Origin: a virus
Taxonomy: Duplodnaviria; Caudoviricetes
Length of the DNA stretch: 46,628 nt
Virus record (IMG/VR): IMGVR_UViG_3300037784_000062
Coordinates: 1-46,628 of that record
Direction: 5' to 3' (one strand)
The notes under the pieces were generated by a model. The model had not been told where the DNA came from. It worked only from the letters and a program-made list of their open reading frames with translations, and did not search any database. Below are positions 36,171-43,905 of this stretch, in pieces; position 1 is the first letter of the stretch, and every line of letters begins with the position of its first letter. A program made the position numbers and the translations under genes.

Positions 36171-36605
36171 ATGTCGCACCGCTCGCCAGTCCTTCACACG
36201 AGGCGCTCGCCCTGGGCGATCGTGGCGATTGCGTTGACGATTGTGATTGGCGCGGTCGCCCCGGCCGATGCGATCGAGGACGGCTGGCGCGTGATCGATG
36301 GCGACACCCTCGCCCATGGCGCGGAGCGGATCCGCATCGCCTCGATCGATACGCCCGAGCGCAACTGGCGCGCGGAGTGTGAAGCCGAGGCCAGGCTCGC
36401 CGAGCTCGCCACCCGGCGCCTTGAGCGGCTGATCTCGGAAGCCGGCCGGATCGAGCTAGTCCGCGACGGGGTCGACCGCTACGGCCGCACCCTTGGCGAG
36501 GTCGTGCTTGACGCCCGGCCGGTCAGTGAGCTGTTGATCAGTGAGGGCTATGCCGTGCCCTGGGAGGGACGCCGACATGACTGGTGCGGGATGCGATTAC
36601 CATAG
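36171..36605 (+). CDS. Thermonuclease (SNase/TNase) with an N-terminal signal/TM segment
   Basis: VIDGDT, RIRIASIDTPE, DRYGRTLG and LISEGYA motifs. Confidence 0.92.
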   Translation: MSHRSPVLHTRRSPWAIVAIALTIVIGAVAPADAIEDGWRVIDGDTLAHGAERIRIASIDTPERNWRAECEAEARLAELATRRLERLISEAGRIELVRDGVDRYGRTLGEVVLDARPVSELLISEGYAVPWEGRRHDWCGMRLP

Positions 36606-36614
36606 GGGATCAAG

Positions 36615-37151
36615 TTAAGCGCGCAGTAAATTTGGTTGCTTCTGCATGGAGAGAAGAAAGTCCTTATCGATCGTAAACAAATCCCCGTTTAGATTACCCA
36701 CCTTTAGATCATGCAACTCCGCACAAACCCGACGAAATTCGGGCTCAACAACACGACACTCATAAAATAATTCCACAATAATAAAATTATTAAATAGATA
36801 GGACCTTTGGCTACTAGATAGATTTAATATTGTGTTTTTTATGTAATCATCCTTTTGCGCTTTCTCTTTGCTTAGTAATATGGCAGACGCCTCAGCGCGC
36901 TTTTTCTCTTTATAATTGCTGAATACCTTACGGAAAGCAGCTATTCCGGATCCAGCAGCCAAGCCTAGCCCGCCGCCAACCGCTACCATTCCGAACGCTC
37001 TAAATCCCAGCAATAAGGCACTTGCGTTTTCATCGAAAATCAAAGGCCAATGCCACTCAGCAAAAAGCAATGCCCCACCTCCTACGCCAATTAATCCTAC
37101 AGCGGGGCGCGAAGTCAGCAACTTCAGTACACTATCAATTCCGCTACTCAT
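36615..37151 (-). CDS. Moron: AT-rich two-TM protein, SieB-like architecture
   Basis: Two N-terminal TM segments, a charged helix, then ILNLSSSQRSYL; low GC; TAATG-coupled to the methylase. Confidence 0.6.
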   Translation of the reverse strand: MSSGIDSVLKLLTSRPAVGLIGVGGGALLFAEWHWPLIFDENASALLLGFRAFGMVAVGGGLGLAAGSGIAAFRKVFSNYKEKKRAEASAILLSKEKAQKDDYIKNTILNLSSSQRSYLFNNFIIVELFYECRVVEPEFRRVCAELHDLKVGNLNGDLFTIDKDFLLSMQKQPNLLRA

Positions 37152-37969
37152 TAATCCTTGCCCCCCTGAATGATCAGCTCCTTGGCGAGCTGGGCGTTAT
37201 CGCCGACAGAATATCGCACCTCCACAGGCTGTATAGAGGCCCAGGCGAACAGGTCGCGGATCTCGGGTACGTCGTTGATCGAGAGAATGAACCGGCCCTT
37301 GATCGATTGGAGCTGGTCGGCCAAGCGGGCAAAGTCAGCCCGCTCAAACAGGCCTTTTCCATAATCGGTCTCACCGCCCCAATAGGGCGGATCGATGTAG
37401 AACAGGGTTTCGGGCCGATCGACCTTCTCGATAAAGGCGCTGTAAGTCTGGTTCTCGATAACGACCCCTGACAGACGAGCATGTAACGCCTCGAGTTTGG
37501 GCACGATCGAGAGCAGATTGAACCCACCCCCATGGGTCAGGCTCACTCCAAATGATCGAGAACCCACCTTCCCCCCAAATGCGCAGGCCTGCAGATAGAG
37601 GAAGCGGCCAGCGCGCTCGAGATCTGTGAGCGTGTCCGGATCGGTACGCGAGAGCCGCTCGAACTCGGCGCGCGTGGTGATCTGGTATTTAAGCGTCTCG
37701 ATGAACTGCGGATAATGACGCTGCAGGATGCGAAAGAAGGTCGCTACCTCGCGGCTATAGTCATTGATCACCTCAACGGGTGACTGGATGCGACGACGCA
37801 GGAACACGCCGCCCATGCCCACAAAGGGCTCGGCATAGATCCGCGCCCGCGCGCTGTCGATCATCGGCACAAGGCGTTTGGCCAGACGGGACTTGCCCCC
37901 GAGATAAGCCACGGCCGGCTCGACCGGGATTGCCGCGACATCGCCGAACAGATCAGCTCTAGACTCCAT
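37151..37969 (-). CDS. D12-class (Dam-like) N6-adenine DNA methyltransferase
   Basis: YLGGKSRLA, YAEPFVGMGGVF, EVIND and FYIDPPYW motifs; likely start ATG 37969. Confidence 0.93.
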   Translation of the reverse strand: MESRADLFGDVAAIPVEPAVAYLGGKSRLAKRLVPMIDSARARIYAEPFVGMGGVFLRRRIQSPVEVINDYSREVATFFRILQRHYPQFIETLKYQITTRAEFERLSRTDPDTLTDLERAGRFLYLQACAFGGKVGSRSFGVSLTHGGGFNLLSIVPKLEALHARLSGVVIENQTYSAFIEKVDRPETLFYIDPPYWGGETDYGKGLFERADFARLADQLQSIKGRFILSINDVPEIRDLFAWASIQPVEVRYSVGDNAQLAKELIIQGGKD

Positions 37970-37991
37970 AGTCGGTTTTCTCTTGATTGCC

Positions 37992-38093
37992 GCCGCCGGT
38001 CCGGCCGGTGGCGGGATTTCGGGCGGTGCTAGCCCGCCCGGGGTGCGCGTGCCAGCGCGCGGTTCGGGGTGCTCCAACACCCCAACCCCCGCC
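37992..38093 (-). ncRNA. Structured 5' leader of the methylase gene (putative cis-regulatory RNA)
   Basis: Three hairpins (38020-40, 38045-60, 38061-87) closed by GGCGGG/CCCGCC, plus a competing hairpin at 37992-38012. Confidence 0.45.
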
Positions 38094-38483
38094 GACTTCG
38101 CCGACAGGGTAAGTTTTTTACGCAGTGGGTTATCAACAGGCCCCGTTCACGGGGGCGGATACAGCCTAAGACCCTTAAGCCATTGCCCTATCGGGGATAT
38201 CCACCTTCGCCTGTGGATGAAGGGGAATGGTCCCGTAGAAACTTCAAGACGTGATTCGCATTCCGAACAGGGGCAGAGTCGATTCGCGATCGGGATTGGC
38301 CGCCGCGAAAACAGGCGGCAAACGCCGCCCGTCACGTAATGGAACGACCTTAACCATAGGGTTAGGTGAAACGATATTGAACTGAGAGGCGGACCTGTCC
38401 GCCATTGGAAGCGACGACCCGGCGCTATCACGGCAATGAGCACGCCGGGCCGTCACAGACCCCTGATGGGGAGAAAGCTGACC

Positions 38484-38615
38484 ATGCAGTACGTGCCCAT
38501 TCACTTCAAGCTCGAGATGTCCCTCGAGATCGGCCCCGAGCTCGCGCGCACGATCATCACGATCGCGCATGCTGGCTTTTATTACCTCATCGCCGGCCCC
38601 TCGCCGCTGGGCTAG
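38484..38615 (+). CDS. 43-aa small ORF
   Basis: GGAG RBS; MQYVPIHFKLEMSLEIGPELARTIITIAHAGFYYLIAGPSPLG; GC-rich third codon positions. Confidence 0.5.
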   Translation: MQYVPIHFKLEMSLEIGPELARTIITIAHAGFYYLIAGPSPLG

Positions 38616-38648
38616 CTCTGCGCAACACCGACCCGCTAGAGTGTGGTT

Positions 38649-38894
38649 ATGTCTGATCCACAGCACCATATTGCGGGCTTCCGCCTGACCTGCCCTCAGG
38701 CCTGCATCAAACCGCGATGGTTTGATGCAGGCCCGGGCGGCGGGAACGCCGCCACGGTCGAGGCGCAGGCCCGATCGCGGCGTTGCCCCAGATGCCGGGA
38801 AGCGGTAACGGTAGAGACATTCCATACTGATGAAACAGGGCGGATCCGGGCCGATGCGCCGAGGGATGTGCCAGGTCCAAGACGCAAAGCCTGA
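38649..38894 (+). CDS. Small zinc-ribbon-like protein
   Basis: CPQAC...CPRC. Confidence 0.5.
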   Translation: MSDPQHHIAGFRLTCPQACIKPRWFDAGPGGGNAATVEAQARSRRCPRCREAVTVETFHTDETGRIRADAPRDVPGPRRKA

Positions 38895-38974
38895 ACGCGC
38901 TCACGATTCCCCCTAGACGCGAATAAAATATACCGTCATGGTTTATTCACACCTGTGAACAACCGGGGGAAACC

Positions 38975-39274
38975 ATGTCTTCTCTAACGCTTACGGATGA
39001 AGAGCGCGTCATAGCGCGTGAGATCCAGCCCAGGGCGGCGGCCTTGCGCCTTCTGGTCGAGGCCAATCTGGGCGCCGCCATCCGGCTCGAAGTCCTCGCC
39101 GCCTTCCTGCGCGCCGGGCGCGGACAACCAAACATGCTCTATGCGCTCGCCCTGACCGATGAAGCCTATGAGGCGCTCACTGGGTCGCCCCTGCCCGAGG
39201 ACATGGACACGCTGGATCGCGAGCTCATCGAGGAGTTCCGCGCGATCGCGGTGCAGAGGCTTGGGGATGGGTGA
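38975..39274 (+). CDS. Hypothetical protein
   Basis: GGGGG RBS; upstream IR GAATAAA...TTTATTC (38921-38948). Confidence 0.65.
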   Translation: MSSLTLTDEERVIAREIQPRAAALRLLVEANLGAAIRLEVLAAFLRAGRGQPNMLYALALTDEAYEALTGSPLPEDMDTLDRELIEEFRAIAVQRLGDG

Positions 39275-39278
39275 GGGC

Positions 39279-39731
39279 TCAGGCTTGATCTGAGTTGTCG
39301 TCTTGATCAGAAGCCAGATGCTCAAGCCATGCCATGTGAGATTGGAACATGTAGACCACAGTTGGAGATAGAGCCCCCAACACTGGCGTTGTCTTACCTG
39401 CCGCACGGAGCGGAGCAAACCACGTATGCGTATAAGGAAGATGGAAAACCCTACTTAAATCGAACCTCGTCGCCTTCATGAGGCCCGCCGTCCTAAGCTC
39501 AGCATAATTCGAGATACGAAAATCAAAGGGCCTGCTATCCACTTTTAGCTGAGATGATCCTGGCGCCAACTCGAGCAACGCGGTCCCGTCCTCGAGTTCG
39601 AAAACTCCGAGGACGAGACAAGGGCGCGATTTGATAGGAGGCTCGTGTGGAGTTTCCTCATGGGGAAATCTAGTCCACACAAGATCATAGGCCTTTGGCC
39701 AAGTTGGTTTTGGCCAAGCCCGTTCTGTCAC
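39279..39731 (-). CDS. PemK/MazF-family endoribonuclease toxin
   Basis: YDLVWTRFP...KSRPCLVL...GSSQ...GLMKATRFDL pattern. Confidence 0.72.
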   Translation of the reverse strand: MTERAWPKPTWPKAYDLVWTRFPHEETPHEPPIKSRPCLVLGVFELEDGTALLELAPGSSQLKVDSRPFDFRISNYAELRTAGLMKATRFDLSRVFHLPYTHTWFAPLRAAGKTTPVLGALSPTVVYMFQSHMAWLEHLASDQDDNSDQA

Positions 39732-39895
39732 CAGGTCACTACCGAAACTGGTTTAGCATTCTCACGGAGATGCCCGTAGCGCTTACGAAGCTGCTCGACG
39801 GTCTCGCGCGGGATATCGTTGTAATCCTCGACCTCAGGCAGCTTCGGCAGCTTTTGCGCCTGAGCCTTGTGATCAAGTGTCTTACGAGGGGTCAT
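39728..39895 (-). CDS. Putative antitoxin, 55 aa
   Basis: GGAG RBS; MTPRKTLDHKAQAQKLPKLPEVEDYNDIPRETVEQLRKRYGHLRENAKPVSVVTW; its TGA overlaps the toxin GTG (GTGA). Confidence 0.65.
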   Translation of the reverse strand: MTPRKTLDHKAQAQKLPKLPEVEDYNDIPRETVEQLRKRYGHLRENAKPVSVVTW

Positions 39896-40151
39896 GTCAG
39901 ACTCCGATTAGTGTGAATTGTCATCACACGCGCACTTAGTGCATGCGAATGCGGCCTTCGCAAGGCCATATAATGCAATCGCTGGGGCACTGGTTCCCTT
40001 GTTGCAACAGTACAACTAGCTCAACAGAGGTCAACGGCACCTTAATCTAGGGTACCGGCATCTGGGTGATAGATACAGAATTAGGATCACAAATTTCAAT
40101 CACAAGCCTGATGACATTAATGTCATTCTGGATACCTCAACGGCGAAATTG

Positions 40152-40181
40152 AAAAAGGCCGCCCCAACCGGAGCGGCCTTT
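40152..40181 (-). terminator. Intrinsic terminator at the end of the late/lysis transcript
   Basis: AAAGGCCGC...GCGGCCTTT with a T-run on the minus strand. Confidence 0.7.
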
Positions 40182-40202
40182 CTCTCATCGCGATCGCGAG
40201 GG

Positions 40203-40568
40203 TCAGCCAGCGACGCCCATCGCTTCGGCTTCGGAGCGACAGTTCGCCGTCACGGCGCGCTCGAGGGCGTTCACTTCGCCCTTGGCCTGGGCAAGCTCGC
40301 CGGACACATCGCCGCCGAACACAGACCCCAGCGGCAGCAGCACCAGGAACACGCCCGCCGCATCCGCCGTCGCGGCATTGTTCTGGCGCCGGGCCAGCGC
40401 GTTCTCGCGCTGACGCGCTGCATCAAGCTCGCCCCGGGTGTCTTCACACGTCCAGCCTGCATACTCGGTCGACGAAACGGCGACAGGCGCAACAGAATTC
40501 GCGCGTCCGGCGCATGCGGTCAGAAGGGCGCAAGCCCCTAAGAGTGCTGCATATTTAAGTGCTTTCAT
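40203..40568 (-). CDS. Lipoprotein (moron)
   Basis: Lipobox LTAC, own RBS, Cys pair and a hydrophobic GVFLVLLPLG segment. Confidence 0.75.
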   Translation of the reverse strand: MKALKYAALLGACALLTACAGRANSVAPVAVSSTEYAGWTCEDTRGELDAARQRENALARRQNNAATADAAGVFLVLLPLGSVFGGDVSGELAQAKGEVNALERAVTANCRSEAEAMGVAG

Positions 40569-40633
40569 CACAGTCCCCCTGTTCTTTTAAAGCGCGATTT
40601 AGCTCGCACTTTTTCCCGCGTTGCGCAAGTCGC

Positions 40634-40954
40634 TTATGACGCGTTTATGTCAACACAACTCGCCTTCCGCGCGGCGGCGGCGACGGCCCAGCCCTCGATC
40701 CCCCAGGCGCGGTGACGCGCCAGAAAGGCGGTGAGCCGCGCCTCGGCGCGGATCTCCGCCGGCGTCACAGGCTCGGGATAGGCCGCGCCCTCGGGCGGCA
40801 AGGGTTCAGGCGCTGGATCCGCGCACACCTCGGGCGGCGGCGCGATCGGCGCGACCGCATCAACCGTCCGCCAGCTCGGGCGAACGGGGCTCATACAGCC
40901 CGCGCACAGACACAAGGCCGCGATCATCGGGGCAAGCATTTTCAGTCCCGGCAT
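40634..40954 (-). CDS. o-spanin (Rz1-like lipoprotein)
   Basis: Lipobox LCAGC, Pro-rich, overlaps the 3' end of the i-spanin gene. Confidence 0.7.
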   Translation of the reverse strand: MPGLKMLAPMIAALCLCAGCMSPVRPSWRTVDAVAPIAPPPEVCADPAPEPLPPEGAAYPEPVTPAEIRAEARLTAFLARHRAWGIEGWAVAAAARKASCVDINAS

Positions 40955-41252
40955 AGCGGGCCTCCATCTGGTCAAGTGCGGTTTCATAGACGCGCGCCTG
41001 GGCGTCTAGCTGGTCAGCGCACGCCGTGCGCTGGCCGGTCACCGAGGCGACAGCCTGCGCCTGTTCAGCCTTGCGATTGTCCGCCTCACCCTCGGCGCGG
41101 CCGGCCTGCGCCTCGGCGAGCCGGGACTCGTCATAGAGCTTGGCGTGCATGTGCAGGTAGGACGGGGCGAAGGGCGGCGCGCCGATGAACAGGAGCACCG
41201 CCGCGCCGGTGATGAAGCCGAGACCGCTGGCGAGGCCGAGGCCCCAGCTCAT
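40860..41252 (-). CDS. i-spanin (Rz-like)
   Basis: N-terminal TM segment, coiled coil and C-terminal Cys. Confidence 0.7.
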   Translation of the reverse strand: MSWGLGLASGLGFITGAAVLLFIGAPPFAPSYLHMHAKLYDESRLAEAQAGRAEGEADNRKAEQAQAVASVTGQRTACADQLDAQARVYETALDQMEARYAGTENACPDDRGLVSVRGLYEPRSPELADG

Positions 41253-41437
41253 CCGAACACCCACTCTTTCAGTAGCACCAGCCGCGCCCAGAAATAGGGG
41301 CGCAGGAACCAGAGCACAGCGGCGAGGAACGCCGTCAGCGCGATCGCCCAGCCGCCCCAGCCCAGAAGCGGGAGCAGACAGGCGACGAGGATCAGGACGA
41401 GCAGGCTCTCGCCAACCCGGAAAGCATGGGCAAGCAT
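41249..41437 (-). CDS. Small two-TM protein (holin/antiholin candidate)
   Basis: AAGGAG RBS; highly hydrophobic; lies between endolysin and spanins. Confidence 0.55.
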   Translation of the reverse strand: MLAHAFRVGESLLVLILVACLLPLLGWGGWAIALTAFLAAVLWFLRPYFWARLVLLKEWVFG

Positions 41438-41490
41438 GGTCAGTCTCCTTTGTGTTTGAAGGGGTCAGGCGGACGGGCGCGGCGCGCGGC

Positions 41491-42105
41491 CTAGGTCTCG
41501 TTCTCGGTATCGTCAGCGGCGCTGGCGTCGAGGATCATGGGGCGACCCCAGCCGGGGTGACCGCCCGCAACGGGCAGCGGACGGCGCACCCCGTCATAGA
41601 GCAGGCGCGCGCGGCGGATCCGCATGATGGAAACCGCGTCGGACTGGTTGCCGCCGAGGACGTGATAGTGGGTGGCGTCCTCGCCGACATAGAAGCCCAC
41701 ATGCCCCGCCGTTCCGTCCGGCGATCCGCGCCAGAACACCAGCATGTCGCCGACCACAGGCCGGCCCGAGGCGACGCCCGTGCCGAACCGGGTCCAGGAG
41801 CGGGCCGACAGGAAGCTCGGCGCGATCTCGCGATGACCCGCGCGATGAGCGCAGATGGCGACAAACAGTCCGCACCAGGGCACGCCGTCATGGGTGTAGA
41901 CCTCACGCACCCAATCGAGATCCGGGCGCGCCGAGATCAACTCATCGCGCCAGCCGATGATCGCGGGATTGCTCCCCGCCCCGCTCACCTCTTGCACCCC
42001 ATAGAGCGCCAGCGCCTCGCGCAAGATGGGCGGGCCGGGCACGGTCGCGAGCCAGCGATAATCGAGCGGCAGGCGTTCGGCGAGGGCGTGATCGTGGACC
42101 GGCAT
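41491..42105 (-). CDS. Endolysin, TIGR02594-like (NlpC/P60/CHAP-type)
   Basis: GVQE...NPAII, DGVPWCGLF, ARSW, GHVGFY and LGGNQSDAV motifs. Confidence 0.88.
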   Translation of the reverse strand: MPVHDHALAERLPLDYRWLATVPGPPILREALALYGVQEVSGAGSNPAIIGWRDELISARPDLDWVREVYTHDGVPWCGLFVAICAHRAGHREIAPSFLSARSWTRFGTGVASGRPVVGDMLVFWRGSPDGTAGHVGFYVGEDATHYHVLGGNQSDAVSIMRIRRARLLYDGVRRPLPVAGGHPGWGRPMILDASAADDTENET

Positions 42106-42107
42106 GA

Positions 42108-42686
42108 TCACCCCTCCCCGTTGGGATTGGACGGCGGCGTCGCTTCAGCCGGGGGCTGGGACGGGCGCGCCCCGGCCCGGCGTTGCGCCCAGCCGATCAC
42201 CAGCCCGGCAAACGCCTCCTGCGCGCTGGCGCCTGACAGGATCCGGAACACGCCGCGCAGGCCGTCGATCACCGGCACAGCGACGAGGACCAGCAGGAAG
42301 TTGGCGAGCGGACCCAGAGCATGCCCCAGATCCCCCCATTGCTCGAGGAGCACATGAACGGGAAGCGACGCATAGACGCCGCCGGCAAGACCGATGGCGG
42401 CGAGACCGAGGCGCGATTTCCATTCGCGCAAGCGCGAGGCCCGGCGATCGGGCGGGAGCTTGGCATAGGCGCGGCCGCGAAAGTGCAGATCGCCGAGCGT
42501 GCCGCACGCATAGGCGGTCAGCTCGAGCACCCACCACAGATCAAGCGTCTGGGCGATCGCTCCGACCGATTGCGCCGTCGCGATCGCGCCGGCCGCCATG
42601 ACGGCGACATAGAAGATAACCGGCTCATAGAGCGCCACGATGAAGCGCCACGCGCTCTCGGCCGCATGGATGAAACGATGGGGCAT
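42108..42686 (-). CDS. Holin candidate (multi-TM)
   Basis: AAGGA RBS before MPHRF; 3-4 TM segments; directly upstream of the endolysin. Confidence 0.6.
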   Translation of the reverse strand: MPHRFIHAAESAWRFIVALYEPVIFYVAVMAAGAIATAQSVGAIAQTLDLWWVLELTAYACGTLGDLHFRGRAYAKLPPDRRASRLREWKSRLGLAAIGLAGGVYASLPVHVLLEQWGDLGHALGPLANFLLVLVAVPVIDGLRGVFRILSGASAQEAFAGLVIGWAQRRAGARPSQPPAEATPPSNPNGEG

Positions 42687-42718
42687 GCAGAATTCCTTCT
42701 GGTGTGACGCAGACACAG

Positions 42719-42746
42719 AAAAGCCCGCCTGACGGGGCGGGCTTTT
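42719..42746. terminator. Bidirectional terminator-like hairpin
   Basis: AAAAGCCCGCC-TGACGG-GGCGGGCTTTT. Confidence 0.72.
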
Positions 42747-42804
42747 GAGTGGACGTGTCTCTAGATTGATTGCTAAGACTGGACTGATGATCAGGAGAGG
42801 AAAG

Positions 42805-43392
42805 ATGCAGATTATCAAGCCGGAAACCCTTATCGAAGAGGGCGTTCCATTTCATTTCGAGGGCCTGAATCTAAACTCGGTAAAAGATTATCACCTTGTT
42901 CAAAGATTTGAGAACCTTATCAATATAAATATATTTGAAAATATAGCGGCAATTGAAGAATTTGACATAGAGATTCAATACTCAAGAAAGCGTGATAATA
43001 AATCTATTGATTTGGAGTATAATATTAATTTTAATGACGGCAGACCTATATCATCAATTAGAATATCTCAGGTATTTAAAATTGCTGACTACGCAGAAGG
43101 ATCGATTAAAGCTCGTGGCTACATAATAAGAGACGCACTACTAGCTTTTACAGTTGCAAACTTTATTGGGCCGGGCTTCCAAGAAAGCGAAATTGGAAAA
43201 TGGACAAATAGTGTAGTGACCATGAGCCTGAATCATATCGCCGCTCACTTGGATGAATTAGTCCAGAATGCCGCAAAATCTCTAGAAGGAAACAGCCAAA
43301 GAGACAATGATGGCACCATGATAGTCACTCAACTTGCTTTACCGCCCAACCCCCGCTTCATTCCAAATGGTGATGATGAAGCATTCTATTAA
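42805..43392 (+). CDS. Moron: AT-rich soluble protein, unknown function
   Basis: AGGAGAGG RBS; very low GC; antisense within the late operon. Confidence 0.72.
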   Translation: MQIIKPETLIEEGVPFHFEGLNLNSVKDYHLVQRFENLININIFENIAAIEEFDIEIQYSRKRDNKSIDLEYNINFNDGRPISSIRISQVFKIADYAEGSIKARGYIIRDALLAFTVANFIGPGFQESEIGKWTNSVVTMSLNHIAAHLDELVQNAAKSLEGNSQRDNDGTMIVTQLALPPNPRFIPNGDDEAFY

Positions 43393-43397
43393 TCGCC

Positions 43398-43904
43398 TCA
43401 CGGCCAGCCCGCATCCAGATCAATCGCACGCAAGGCGTCGAGATCAGCGGCGGCGTTGATCGCCTCTGCGAGGGCGCGCGCATTGGCGAAGCACGCCTGC
43501 ACATGATCGAAGGCCGCATCGCCGAACGCTTCTAGTGCCGTCAGATCGAGCGCCTGGAACACACCCCGCGCCAGTTGCCAGTCGACCGTTTCACCACTGG
43601 GCTTGCGCGCCAGCCCAGCCGACGCCGCCGCCAGCCGAGCGGTCGTGCCTTCATCGAGCTTCACCGGCACGCCGCCATAGGTGAAGGCGGTTTCGGCCTG
43701 CTCTCGACGGGTGGACAACTGGCCCAGCATATGCGCTTTCGCGCCTTCCAGCAGATCGCCGGTCGGGTAGGCGTCCAGCCCGTCAAACGCGGCGATCAGG
43801 CGTTCGGGCAGGAAGTAAAAACCGGGAACCGCCTCGACCGGCTCAAGGCGGCCCGCGTGCTGGGCGCGCACCTGGTCGCGCCCGCTCTGGTCAAGCAAAA
43901 TCAT
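43398..43904 (-). CDS. DUF4376-like tail fibre assembly protein
   Basis: VDWQL...HVQACFANARAL...IDLDAGWP; follows the fibre gene. Confidence 0.8.
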   Translation of the reverse strand: MILLDQSGRDQVRAQHAGRLEPVEAVPGFYFLPERLIAAFDGLDAYPTGDLLEGAKAHMLGQLSTRREQAETAFTYGGVPVKLDEGTTARLAAASAGLARKPSGETVDWQLARGVFQALDLTALEAFGDAAFDHVQACFANARALAEAINAAADLDALRAIDLDAGWP

Positions 43905-43905
43905 T

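Noticed and set aside
36171-37969. Restriction-modification system (nuclease plus methylase)
   Set aside because: SNase is a non-specific, apparently exported nuclease, and no PD-(D/E)xK or HNH restriction enzyme is seen.
38350-38365. Full CtrA box TTAACCATAGGGTTAG
   Set aside because: The spacer is 8 nt and the second half is imperfect; kept only as a half-site.
38878-38893. c-di-GMP-I riboswitch (GACGCAAAGCC match)
   Set aside because: The upstream GGCAAAC/GNRA stem is missing and the match lies at the end of an ORF.
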